Below are positions 9,001 through 16,358 of a stretch of 22,386 bases of DNA, in pieces. A program made the position numbers and the translations under genes. This DNA comes from Exilibacterium sp. (GTDB lineage Bacteria; Pseudomonadota; Gammaproteobacteria; Pseudomonadales; Cellvibrionaceae), in assembly GCA_037384225.1 (NCBI GenBank), contig JARROD010000145.1, positions 1 to 22,386 on the forward strand, written 5' to 3'. The notes beneath the pieces are model-generated. The model was not told where the DNA came from. It worked only from the letters and a program-made list of their open reading frames with translations, and made no database searches. Numbering within the stretch: the stretch's first letter is position 1; every line of letters starts with the position of its first letter.

Positions 9001-11532
9001 TTTGACGGCGCTATCAAGTGCCCGCAGCTGTAGCACCAGCTCACGGATTTTCAATACCAGCGTATCGGAGGCAAAGTAGGTGTTTAGTTCATCGACTGCG
9101 GTGAATTTCAACGAGCGGCGCTCTATGCTCGCCAACATGCGCGCACAGGCATCGGCCACCGCTTGCGCTTTGCGCTGACGTTCGTCCAGCAACTGTTGTT
9201 TGTGGGATTCGAACGATTCGTAAACCTCCTCCCGCTTTTCCATAATATCGGCCAGAAACTGATCCTGGTCGCTGAACTGGCTCTCCAGCTCTTCGAGTTG
9301 CACCAACAAGCGGGACAGTTGTTCGTCGCATTTTTCCGGGGTTGAAGCCAACCCCAAAGCGTTGGTAATACTCTGGGTAAACAGTTTGAATTGTGCGGAG
9401 AATTGCGCCACAGCCTCCTTCGCACCCAGGCTTTTCCGCTTGTGCCTGGCCCCCGCCTTGCTTTGATTGAGCTTCGAATAAATCTCGGAAATGGAATCGA
9501 TAATACGCGTGCGAACAGTCGCATCCTGCACCTGCAGCGTTGTTACCAGTTCCGACAGCAAATCCAATCCGGCAGCCGTGGTTTCTATGTTTTCTATCAG
9601 CGGCGTCAGCACGGCGATGCTGTGTGCCACTTCGACTTCCCGGTTGAATCCGACGATTTTGTCCAAGTAAGGTGCCAAAGCCTGGTCGCCGGACAAAAAG
9701 GCGACTGTCTTTTCACTCAAATCAGTCTGCATTTCAGCCAATTGCCGATCCAGTGTTTCAATCCGCGCGGTGTCGATATAGCGCAGTTCCTTAATACTGA
9801 CAAGGTGGCCCCGCTGATGCCGGATGCGATCCAGAGCGGCGATATAGTCTTCCACCGATTCGCGATTTCCGGATTTCACGACACGCTCAATGGACTCCTG
9901 CTCGCGTTCGGCGGCGACCATGGCCTCGGCCGACTGCCCGCGAATGCTTTCGACTTTTTCAAACTCATCGATAACCAGCTCCGAGGTCGCGGCGATTTCC
10001 TTCAATAAATCACCGATACCATCGGTTTCCTGCTCCCCGATCCAGTAATAAGTATCAAACATCTTAGCGGCCGTCTTACCCAGTTCCTCGTACAGACGCA
10101 CATTAACTGCCGGGTTGTCGATGCGGCGGCAGATACTGTACAACTCGGAAATGCCGCGCACCAGCTCGGCGTTGCCTATACGACCAAAAAACGACTGGCT
10201 CACCGGTATCCTGCTGGCAAACTCCTCGCTCACAAATGGTGTATTCCAGATTTGCATAGGGTGAACCCGGGTCGGCTCACCTTCAGCGGTAAAAATGATC
10301 AGACGCCCCTCAGCCGACAGCGCATAACCGTGACTATAGATGGGGTTTTGTAAAGATTTTTGGATTAGGTTGTAGGCAAATAAGCCCACCACACCGCCTT
10401 GCGGTTCGTAAAACACATAGAGCACATCCTCACCGTTGGGCGAACGAATGCGCCTTTTGAATTTCACACCCGGCACTTGCTCGTCATAGGTTTTGTATTC
10501 CCCGGTTTGCAGGTAATAGCCACCCGGGAAAATTATCCCGTGATCCTCCGGCAACTGCACACAGGACTCGCCGATGGCATCGATCCGCAAAACGCTTTGA
10601 GTTAGTGTGTTGAATATCAAATAGCGCCAATCCTCTTCCCTATAAGGGCGAATTTTCAACAGAATCAGACACCCCACCGTAGCGTAAAAGACATCTGCAT
10701 CATCTAAAGACTGGGTTCTATCCTCGACCGGCTCGGTGTAAATGCCGAGACCGGTTTCCGTATTGTTTTCCACCTTTATCGTCAGGTTGCCACCGATCGT
10801 TTCAACAAAGATGCTGTCGAGAATATTGATATGGGGATGTCGGCCGTGCAAATTATCTTCCCGCGTCGTTTCGACCCATTCGAAATCATAGGCTGGAGGC
10901 AGTTGAATATCCCGTTCGCCGCGGTTGTCAATGTATTTGACGTCGCCACCGTCGGCCGACACCGACCAGCGAAAGACCCGGATATCGGTCAACCGTTCAC
11001 CGATCTGAAAGCCGGCCAGTAACTTTCCCTGATTGATCGACAACTGAATCAAGCGGGTATTTTTGTAATAGCGGTACAGCTCTTCAAAGTCATTGAGAAA
11101 CCCATTCTCGGATAAAAAACTTTCGCGCAGGGAAACAGGTTCCATTTCATAGCTTGTCTTCCCCCCCTCACCGGCACTTTCGCGAACCCGAAACAGGGAA
11201 AAAACATCTTCGACCCGGGTTTCTTTTTTCAAGCCGATAAAAACATTGTAACCGAACAGGAGCAATTCACCGACTTGAACAATATCTCTGGCGATGCAAT
11301 TGTTTTCTGTTCGCACCCTGACTCGACCGGCGACGCTCAGGTCAGATACACCGAACTCCTCCAACCGGGCTCGATTCAAATCGCGGGTTTTTGTATCCAG
11401 CCGCTTACCCTGCTCAACCAGACGTTTGCGGATAATTTCATAGGCTCCGCCTTCGGCGACCGCGCTGTCAACAACGTTATTGTCGGCCGTAGTATTACCA
11501 TCAACAGCGTCGAAAATTTCCTGCTGTGCCAT
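6094..11532 (-). CDS. Giant 1812-aa multi-domain protein with a MoxR/dynein-type (AAA_5-like) AAA+ ATPase domain near the C-terminus. The N-terminal region is beta-rich and the centre is a long alpha-helical/coiled-coil region. Function unknown.
   Basis: Walker A is ISPPGYGKTT (residues about 1337-1346, nt about 7498-7530). Walker B is VMLYLDDIQ. The CVVMAGNPYTESGQVFKIPDMLANRADIYNL segment resembles the AAA_5/MoxR sensor region. The 1812-codon ORF is uninterrupted and has a strong RBS (AAGGAAAC) 8 nt upstream. I saw no vWA/MIDAS motif and no N-terminal Walker A, so it is not SbcC/SMC-like. Confidence 0.85.
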   Translation of the reverse strand: MAQQEIFDAVDGNTTADNNVVDSAVAEGGAYEIIRKRLVEQGKRLDTKTRDLNRARLEEFGVSDLSVAGRVRVRTENNCIARDIVQVGELLLFGYNVFIGLKKETRVEDVFSLFRVRESAGEGGKTSYEMEPVSLRESFLSENGFLNDFEELYRYYKNTRLIQLSINQGKLLAGFQIGERLTDIRVFRWSVSADGGDVKYIDNRGERDIQLPPAYDFEWVETTREDNLHGRHPHINILDSIFVETIGGNLTIKVENNTETGLGIYTEPVEDRTQSLDDADVFYATVGCLILLKIRPYREEDWRYLIFNTLTQSVLRIDAIGESCVQLPEDHGIIFPGGYYLQTGEYKTYDEQVPGVKFKRRIRSPNGEDVLYVFYEPQGGVVGLFAYNLIQKSLQNPIYSHGYALSAEGRLIIFTAEGEPTRVHPMQIWNTPFVSEEFASRIPVSQSFFGRIGNAELVRGISELYSICRRIDNPAVNVRLYEELGKTAAKMFDTYYWIGEQETDGIGDLLKEIAATSELVIDEFEKVESIRGQSAEAMVAAEREQESIERVVKSGNRESVEDYIAALDRIRHQRGHLVSIKELRYIDTARIETLDRQLAEMQTDLSEKTVAFLSGDQALAPYLDKIVGFNREVEVAHSIAVLTPLIENIETTAAGLDLLSELVTTLQVQDATVRTRIIDSISEIYSKLNQSKAGARHKRKSLGAKEAVAQFSAQFKLFTQSITNALGLASTPEKCDEQLSRLLVQLEELESQFSDQDQFLADIMEKREEVYESFESHKQQLLDERQRKAQAVADACARMLASIERRSLKFTAVDELNTYFASDTLVLKIRELVLQLRALDSAVKADDVESRFNAIKDQALRGLRDKSDIFEDGGRVIKLGPRHKFSVNMQELDLTIIPREGKLYTHLIGTDYFEQITHPDLLALKDYWDVSLESESATVYRAEYLAWLILDAARDGRHGLSLTLLRESLRDQGKLDRLVSDFAAPRYKEAYEKGIHDHDATRILSSLVPAIDSADLLCFDPLCRGLAQVFWANIKLLNNLPNTVVSPSPTKMLAEVERRHGSKREHWQSRYETWTQRARSAALMQQHFSSGDASDLLVTEVRKALTVFFEHYPIAVSEADISRAARYLVAELERERTAFVGSKYAQRLVDELKRALDTDTWRQYSVALEKLQGRPDERWNLTSAWLVALVENKNLQALRRYIPEAVALINGDQRIDRRATETDLELQIDGLLGEHPTIGNRQLNLAVDEYWQRMEQHRDVYVPNFYKYLQVRQEIVQREREKLRLEELKPKPLSSFVRNRLIDEAYLPIIGDNLAKQVGSVGESRRTDLMGLLMMISPPGYGKTTLMEYVANRLGLIFMKINCPSLGHEVLSLDPEQAPNATARQELIKLNLGLEMGSNVMLYLDDIQHTHPEFLQKFISLCDGTRRIEGVWKGKTKTYDMRGKKFCVVMAGNPYTESGQVFKIPDMLANRADIYNLGDVLGGMDEQFSLSYIENCLTSNPVLAPLATRDMSDIYKLIDMARAEEVTTTNLSHQYSGAEINEITAVLRMLFKVQRVVLNINQQYIASAAQSDKYRTEPPFKLQGSYRNMNKMAEKVSAVMNERELMQMIEDHYIGESQLLTSGAEENLLKLAELRGNMTAAEQSRWGEIKKDFLRNKAMGGDDADVAGKIVVQLKDMAEGVQSLTHISKGLLLQSQRSAEQPAAESELTSVTLALEKLVKLVAVNKPNVEVVNQPVPGMDKLLRVLAETIEHSIFPLVRSMDKKLEIDLRTHDKMKDISAQLRSLETSVTVGKKSANKTVNSVVDEVKKASE

Positions 11533-11692
11533 AGTAGTTTCCTTTATCAGTTCTGCACCGAATATCGGGAATTGCCTTAGAAATACCCTCTACTCATCAA
11601 TCAACAACAGAGATCGGCATCGTCGCCCGGGTCCGTCGAAAACTCCGTTATCGGACTCGGTCAATCAGCTACTGTCAGCAACATGCCGGCAG

Positions 11693-11762
11693 GGCTTTGT
11701 TCATCGTTTCGCCCACCTAAGGTGCTAACCGAGCCGGTCCGAGGAGGCGAAACGATGAACAA
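11693..11762. repeat. Hairpin repeat element, copy 1. It forms a complete 70-nt hairpin and shares a 59-nt identical core with the copy at 17373-17431.
   Basis: The stem arms TTGTTCATCGTTTCGCC (11697-11713) and GGCGAAACGATGAACAA (11746-11762) are exact reverse complements. The loop is CACCTAAGGTGCTAACCGAGCCGGTCCGAGGA. The element lies between the flotillin stop codon and the giant-ATPase start codon. Confidence 0.8.
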
Positions 11763-11781
11763 CGCCGCCGGCAGGATATGC

Positions 11782-13761
11782 TCAGGCACTCACATTCTCC
11801 TCTTGAACGGTAAAACTCTCTGGCGCACTGTTATCCACCCCGTTGCCTTTGTTGTTGATGAATTTATCCAGCAGTGCGGTTACTGTTCCGCTCTTTGTGG
11901 CCAGCCCATCGACGGCTTTACCCAGTGACAGCGATTTGGCGAAGGTATCGAAGAAGTGCCCTTCGCCACCGACAATATCGATATGCGCTTTTTCCAGCGC
12001 AGTAGCGAGAACGTCCGCGTTTTCCCTGGCGACATCCTTGCCGGCTTCAATGGATGCAAGTGCTTCCTTAAGCGAGGTTTCCAGGCTCATGCGGAATTCT
12101 TCATGCTCGCGAGCCTTATCACTCATCGACCCCATAGCGTCGAATTTCTCGTTCAAACCATCAGCCTCGGCTTTAAACTGCTCCCGGGTGACCTGAGCCG
12201 CCGCCAAACCTACTTGCTTCTGAGCACTGGCTTCGGATTCACCTTTTGCGCCTATAACTGCCGCCTCGGCCAGTCCCACCTCACGCTGAGCGCTGGCCTC
12301 GGATTCACCCTTGGCGGCAATCACCCTGGCTTGCGCCATTCCTTCTTTTTCCAGTGCATCGGCCCTCGCCTCCTTGACTTTGGCCTCGGCCAGCCCCGGC
12401 GCTGCGCGCTCGGCCTGAATGCCCTCGGCCAGCTTTTTCTTCGCATCCGCTTCTCTGGCCGCGGCTTCCAAACGCGCCTGGGCCATGGTAGTGACTTCGT
12501 TGGCTTTGAACTTGGCCGCCTGCTCTTCGGCTTCGGCGACTTTTATCTGCTTCACCTTCTCCTCTTCGGCCACAGCTTCCGCGGCCAGCACCTGCACCTG
12601 CTTCTGCCGGTCGGCTTCTGAAACCTCGCGGACCTCCTTGATCTTCTCTTCCTCCATCGCCACGGTTTTATCCACTGACACGCGATCGCGAATTACATTG
12701 GCAATTTCTTTTTTCTCCACTTCGATGGCTTTTTCCGCCTCTATCGTCTGCAGCTCCACTTCACGCTTGCGCGCAACCACCTCCAGTTCCCGCGCCCGGA
12801 TCACTTTTTCTTCCTCTATCGTCACCGCGCGCAGACGATTCTGTTGCGCCACTTCGATTTCGCGTTTCTGATTTTCCCGCTGAACCGCCAGCGTCTGATC
12901 GGACTGAATGGTGGCGGCTTCCGACTTCAAACGCTCCTCTTCCTGCACCTTTATTGTTTCCGCCTCTTCACGGGCGCGAAGCGAGGCAACCTCGCGCTGC
13001 TGGCGGGCTTCCGCATCCGCCTGTTGACGCTCCAACTCCAGCATTGCCTCAGCGGTTTCAACATTTTTCTTTTTAATAGCCAACTCCTCGTCGCGCTCAA
13101 GCATATTGGTGTGTACGTTTTGCCGCGCTGTTAGCTCGGTGATTTTCTTAATACCCTCGGCGTCGAGGATATTGCTGGGATCCAGGGATTTCTTCGGCGT
13201 CTGTTCCAGATAGTCGATCGCCACGTCCTCCAGGACATAACCATTGAGATCGTCACCGATCACCTCGATAATCTTTTCCCGAAAATGGAGACGGTTTTCA
13301 AACAGCTGTACAAACTCAATTTTTTTGCCCACGGTTTTCAGGGCTTCGGAGAATTTCGCGGCGAACAGTTGATCGACAGCAGCCTTATCCGACGCCCGGC
13401 TGGCGCCAATGGATTTGGCCACCTTTAAAACGTCTTCCGCTGTTTCATTGACACGAAGATAGAATGCGACGGTGATATCGGCACGCATATTGTCTTTGCA
13501 GATCAACCCATCACTGCCCCGGCGATCGACCTCCAGCGTAATCAGCGATATTTTCATCAGCTCTTTTTTGTTAATAATCGGATAAACCAACGCCCCGGTG
13601 AAATGCACCTTCGGTGTTGAACTCATATCGTTTACGATAAGTGCAGTCCCCTGCTCAACTTTCACATAAAAGGCTTTAAACAGTGCCCCCACGCCTAAAA
13701 GGATAATAAAAAAGATACCAATTCCCGTCGCTATGGGCGCTATTATTGAGATGTCAGCCAT
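11782..13761 (-). CDS. yqiK: Flotillin-like SPFH/band-7 inner-membrane protein of the YqiK family, 659 aa, with a long Ala/Glu-rich coiled-coil C-terminus.
   Basis: There is an N-terminal TM helix (IIAPIATGIGIFFIILLGVGALF). It is followed by an SPFH core, then an EA-rich heptad region, then a flotillin-type C-terminal tail. The protein is longer than E. coli YqiK (553 aa, from memory) because of internal repeats. Confidence 0.9.
   Translation of the reverse strand: MADISIIAPIATGIGIFFIILLGVGALFKAFYVKVEQGTALIVNDMSSTPKVHFTGALVYPIINKKELMKISLITLEVDRRGSDGLICKDNMRADITVAFYLRVNETAEDVLKVAKSIGASRASDKAAVDQLFAAKFSEALKTVGKKIEFVQLFENRLHFREKIIEVIGDDLNGYVLEDVAIDYLEQTPKKSLDPSNILDAEGIKKITELTARQNVHTNMLERDEELAIKKKNVETAEAMLELERQQADAEARQQREVASLRAREEAETIKVQEEERLKSEAATIQSDQTLAVQRENQKREIEVAQQNRLRAVTIEEEKVIRARELEVVARKREVELQTIEAEKAIEVEKKEIANVIRDRVSVDKTVAMEEEKIKEVREVSEADRQKQVQVLAAEAVAEEEKVKQIKVAEAEEQAAKFKANEVTTMAQARLEAAAREADAKKKLAEGIQAERAAPGLAEAKVKEARADALEKEGMAQARVIAAKGESEASAQREVGLAEAAVIGAKGESEASAQKQVGLAAAQVTREQFKAEADGLNEKFDAMGSMSDKAREHEEFRMSLETSLKEALASIEAGKDVARENADVLATALEKAHIDIVGGEGHFFDTFAKSLSLGKAVDGLATKSGTVTALLDKFINNKGNGVDNSAPESFTVQEENVSA
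12220..12351. repeat. Intragenic tandem duplication of about 66 bp (22 aa) x2 inside the flotillin coiled-coil region.
   Basis: The DNA units CTGAGCACTGGCTTCGGATTCACC... and CTGAGCGCTGGCCTCGGATTCACCC... are adjacent. They encode ...VIAAKGESEASAQREVGLAEA / AVIGAKGESEASAQKQVGLAAA. Confidence 0.7.
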
Positions 13762-13936
13762 AAAAGTTACTCCATTTCCGTTTTGAGTTAAGCCGCGACA
13801 TTAACTGCCCTTGTTATGCTAAGGGACGTGCACGAAATAACTTCCGGCCCCTTTATCAGTAATAAAAAGGGGTTTCGAGGCGCCCGTCTGGTGTCGTTGC
13901 GAAAACGCCGGCATAGTGGGCCTACGTCAAGTTTTC

Positions 13937-14626
13937 TTATTCTGAAAATTCTTCCACTGAGATCACCCGATAGGTATTCTGTGCTTTGATATATTCCAGC
14001 AAAACAACCCTATCACCTCTTTTAAACACCTGATCCCCAGTGCTGCGGACCTTCAATATCAACCCGGCGCCGCCATCGTCCAAAACCGCCTCGCCAAACG
14101 TTTTATCGACCCGCGATGTCCGCACCACCGCCACCTGCCCAAGCACCAGCTTCTGCGTATGCTGCTGCGCCTTTTTGAATAACGGCCGCAGCGGTCTTAT
14201 CACTACGGCAGTGATTTTGACGGCGATATACAAAGACCCCACCAGAACCGGTAACCCCAGTAAATAACGAAACAGCCCGGCGGTAATAGCGGCCGGCAAA
14301 CAGTATACGATGTAATAGCAGACGAGCCAGCCCACCAGCGAAACGATGGACACAATGACAGTAACAGGAACACCGTTGAGCCCAAACCGCAGCATTAAAC
14401 CCGCCAGGCCTTCGGCGTTGGAAAAACCAGTATCCTGGTTCACATCGAGGGCGCCATCCGCATCGGGAATATCGAAATCGAGTATATCCAGTTCCACCAG
14501 CCCCAGGATAGCCACCAGCCAATAGAGGACACAGACAGCCAGAATAAAAGTAAAAATGGCGGTGGGAAACGAGGAAATATTCTGATAGAAAGGATTCATT
14601 CCCTCACTTAAAAATAATGCAAACAT
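13937..14626 (-). CDS. yqiJ: YqiJ-like short NfeD-family inner-membrane protein, the usual partner of flotillin YqiK.
   Basis: The N-terminus and TM region resemble E. coli YqiJ (PFYQNISSFPTAIFTFILAVCVLYWLVAILG). Multiple TM helices are followed by a soluble C-terminal OB-fold-like tail ending ...VVLLEYIKAQNTYRVISVEEFSE. It sits immediately upstream of the flotillin gene, as in yqiJK. The RBS is AGGGGCAGGAT. Confidence 0.8.
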   Translation of the reverse strand: MFALFLSEGMNPFYQNISSFPTAIFTFILAVCVLYWLVAILGLVELDILDFDIPDADGALDVNQDTGFSNAEGLAGLMLRFGLNGVPVTVIVSIVSLVGWLVCYYIVYCLPAAITAGLFRYLLGLPVLVGSLYIAVKITAVVIRPLRPLFKKAQQHTQKLVLGQVAVVRTSRVDKTFGEAVLDDGGAGLILKVRSTGDQVFKRGDRVVLLEYIKAQNTYRVISVEEFSE

Positions 14627-14739
14627 ATCCTGCCCCTTTCAACTGTATCCAAATAATCGCGGCGTCTCAGATAGTAATATGCCGATACGCTCTCCCTTTG
14701 TCCCTACAATCCAGCCCTAAGGGTCGTGCACTTCCCTAA

Positions 14740-15426
14740 TCATTTATCCTTTTTCAATCGCCTCAGAACATCATCGGCACTGCTGCCCCCGGGCGCGATA
14801 CCGGCTTTCTCTAAACGGGTCTGCAGGGAACCGTCTCCCTCCTCTTCGGCAAGCTCACTGGCCGCCTGCATTTGTGCCGCTTTCAATGCCTGTTTTTCCT
14901 TTATCCGCTCCAGCGAATCCATCGCCGTGCGCAACCTGGAGTTGGCACCACTGTGACGCTCCGCCACGGTCGCCTGCGCGCGCTGAACACTTTCCGTGGC
15001 CTTGACCGTATCCACCTGTTGCTTTAAGCGCTTAATATTGCCTTCCGCCAATTTAATCGCGGTGCGCAACTTACCCGCACTGGCGGCAAACTCGACACCA
15101 GTGCGCAACTCGCCGGCAAGTTGATTTTCCAGCCCGGCGACCTTTTTCGCCACTTCCCGAGCCAACTCCTCCTCGCGTTTGCCCAGTGCCTTTACAACAT
15201 AATCTTCGTGTTCGGCGATGTCCTTTTTCAGCTTCTGCGCCTTTTCTTCGGAAATTTTTTGTCTGGCAATAATAGCGGCGAGACTATCTTTTGATTGTTT
15301 CAGTTCTTCGGAAGCATCGCGCACTTCCTGATCGAGTATCCGCAGTGCCTGGCTGTCGACAATCGCCTCTCCCGCCTCATTTACGCCCCCACGCAAAGCG
15401 GTCATCATTTTCGCCCAAATATTCAT
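14740..15426 (-). CDS. yjfJ: PspA/IM30-family protein (the bacterial ESCRT-III-like family), YjfJ-type.
   Basis: The translation aligns by eye along its length with E. coli YjfJ (recalled from memory): ILDQEVRDASEELKQS, VDTVKATESVQRAQATV and LEKAGIAPGGSSADDVLRRLK match MLEQHIRDAKAELDKA, MEVVKATEAMQRAQQAV and LAEAGIGGSNKSSAQDVLARLQ. The RBS is AAGGA, 9 nt upstream. Confidence 0.9.
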   Translation of the reverse strand: MNIWAKMMTALRGGVNEAGEAIVDSQALRILDQEVRDASEELKQSKDSLAAIIARQKISEEKAQKLKKDIAEHEDYVVKALGKREEELAREVAKKVAGLENQLAGELRTGVEFAASAGKLRTAIKLAEGNIKRLKQQVDTVKATESVQRAQATVAERHSGANSRLRTAMDSLERIKEKQALKAAQMQAASELAEEEGDGSLQTRLEKAGIAPGGSSADDVLRRLKKDK

Positions 15427-15447
15427 AGCGTTAATCCTTAGGTTGAT

Positions 15448-15536
15448 AGCTTCTCAATAACCCGGGGGTAATTGTGCCTTCGATCCGACGGCCATCCGCC
15501 TGGCATTGTGCCCACCCCGGTTTATTGAGAAGTTAC
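15448..15536. repeat. Intergenic REP/MITE-like element, compact complete copy. Terminal inverted repeats CTTCTCAATAACCCGGGGG ... CCCCGGTTTATTGAGAAG flank a conserved core.
   Basis: The core GTGCCTTCGATCCGACGGCCATCCGCCTGGCATTGTGCC matches the ends of copy 1. The roughly 19-bp terminal inverted repeats are nearly perfect. The element fills the 110-bp gap between the yjfI-like stop and the pspA-like start. Confidence 0.8.
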
Positions 15537-16163
15537 TTAGGTTGCAAGGGTAATATTTAGAAATTCAGCATAGGCTTCCGTCGCCTGGATGACGTTGCTG
15601 GCCAGCACTTCGATTTCAAACACCACATTCGGCAGAATCGCGGTGGAACTCAAGGCGCCGAACATGTGGTAGTAGTCAGTCCCGTCCGGGGAAGTGTCCA
15701 GGCTCACAGTGGACAGGGGGAAGTATTTGTGCGTGCGTAGCACCGCCTCGTTAAAGCCGGCCCGGTCAATCACGTCGTCAACCGGCCAGAGGACGGCTTC
15801 GACGACAATCTGTTCTCCGGCAACCGTGAGAAAAACCGGCAAATCGCCGTATTCGTGCAAAACCATATGCAGTGAAGGCTCGACGCCCTCAATAAGCTCA
15901 AGGTCGGCCTCTTCACCACTGAACAGTTCGGTTTCCTTAAGTGCGGCATAGAGACCGGACGTTGTCCAGGCATGCATTGCATCGATCATGTGCGTGACTC
16001 CTTCTTCCGATTCAAGTCCGTTGGCGTCGCGAAGCCGCCTTTCCAGAACTGCAAGTTGCTTGGCGTATTCCGGGCGAATCCAAACTTCTTTCTTTACCAA
16101 CCCCTTTTCACGCAGGCGACGTCTAAACTCGCGTTGATAGTATGCCGATGATTTTTTGCTCAT
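15537..16163 (-). CDS. yjfI: YjfI-like DUF2170 protein with an additional basic N-terminal extension of about 58 aa.
   Basis: The C-terminal DYYHMFGALSSTAILPNVVFEIEVLASNVIQATEAYAEF matches E. coli YjfI (EYYIVFGALSLKSSLEDILLEITSLVDNALDLAEITEEY, from memory). The gene is directly upstream of the yjfJ homologue, as in E. coli. The N-terminal residues KKSSAYYQREFRRRLREKGLVKKEVWIRPEYAKQLAVLERRLR are absent from E. coli YjfI. The RBS is weak, and an internal start at MIDAMHAW is possible. Confidence 0.75.
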   Translation of the reverse strand: MSKKSSAYYQREFRRRLREKGLVKKEVWIRPEYAKQLAVLERRLRDANGLESEEGVTHMIDAMHAWTTSGLYAALKETELFSGEEADLELIEGVEPSLHMVLHEYGDLPVFLTVAGEQIVVEAVLWPVDDVIDRAGFNEAVLRTHKYFPLSTVSLDTSPDGTDYYHMFGALSSTAILPNVVFEIEVLASNVIQATEAYAEFLNITLAT

Positions 16164-16180
16164 AGAGGTAAAGATAAATT

Positions 16181-16295
16181 ATCACATGTAAGCTGTCAAC
16201 AAATCACATGTAACGATTTGTAATAATTACATGTAATTTAATAGAGGGGTTGCAATGCGCGGCGACCTATAGCAAACAGCGTTTGCTATAGGTCG
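16181..16295. promoter_or_regulatory. Candidate operator/UAS region upstream of the yjfI-like gene. It contains three phased TTACATGT(A/G)A sites and a perfect 15-bp inverted repeat.
   Basis: The ACATGT cores lie at 16184-16189, 16206-16211 and 16229-16234, spaced 22 and 23 bp apart. The third site, TTACATGTAA, is a perfect 10-bp palindrome. CGACCTATAGCAAAC-agc-GTTTGCTATAGGTCG at 16263-16295 has perfect 15-bp arms. The sites lie 20-130 bp upstream of the ATG at 16163. Confidence 0.5.
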
Positions 16296-16304
16296 AAGCC
16301 TGGT

Positions 16305-16358
16305 AGCTTCTCAATAACCCGGGGTATTGTAGCGTCGATCCGGCGGCCAACTCAGAAG
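16305..16358. repeat. Partial copy of the REP/MITE-like element (left arm plus core), in inverted orientation.
   Basis: AGCTTCTCAATAACCCGGGGTATTGTAGCGTCGATCCGGCGGCCA matches the left half of the element at 15448-15536. It lies between the pspF-like stop codon and the yjfI regulatory region. Confidence 0.65.

Noticed and set aside
6190-13134. Numerous plus-strand ORFs of 60-220 aa (for example 6475-7044, 9391-10008, 11956-12621, 12419-12871, 12844-13134) lying inside the giant ATPase and flotillin genes.
   Set aside because: They are antisense shadow ORFs of long, well-supported minus-strand genes. Several are Ala/Ser/Leu-rich mirrors of the EA-rich coiled-coil codons. They have no independent RBS or motif support.
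13856-13880. Small hairpin CCCCTTT-N11-AAAGGGG between the yqiJ and flotillin genes.
   Set aside because: The stem is short and there is no U-run in the transcribed orientation. The evidence is insufficient to call a terminator or attenuator.
14103-14522. 139-aa Gly/Arg/Ala-rich minus-strand ORF overlapping yqiJ in another frame.
   Set aside because: It is an alternative-frame artefact of a GC-skewed membrane-protein gene. The YqiJ frame has clear homology and TM structure.
15448-15536. The REP-like hairpin, considered as a Rho-independent terminator between yjfI and pspA.
   Set aside because: There is no T/U run following the stem in the minus-strand orientation. It more likely acts as an mRNA-stabilising or processing structure, if it is functional at all.
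16236-16262. Possible sigma54 promoter for yjfI/pspA (GGTCGCCGCGCATTGCA on the minus strand).
   Set aside because: The GG-to-GC spacing is 12 nt, not the obligatory 10. The -24 element is poor. I also scanned the pspA, yqiJ and flotillin upstream gaps and found no better match.
16263-16295. The perfect 15-bp inverted repeat, considered as an intrinsic terminator of the pspF-like gene.
   Set aside because: There is no U-tract on the transcribed (minus) strand after the stem. I list it as a candidate protein-binding palindrome instead.
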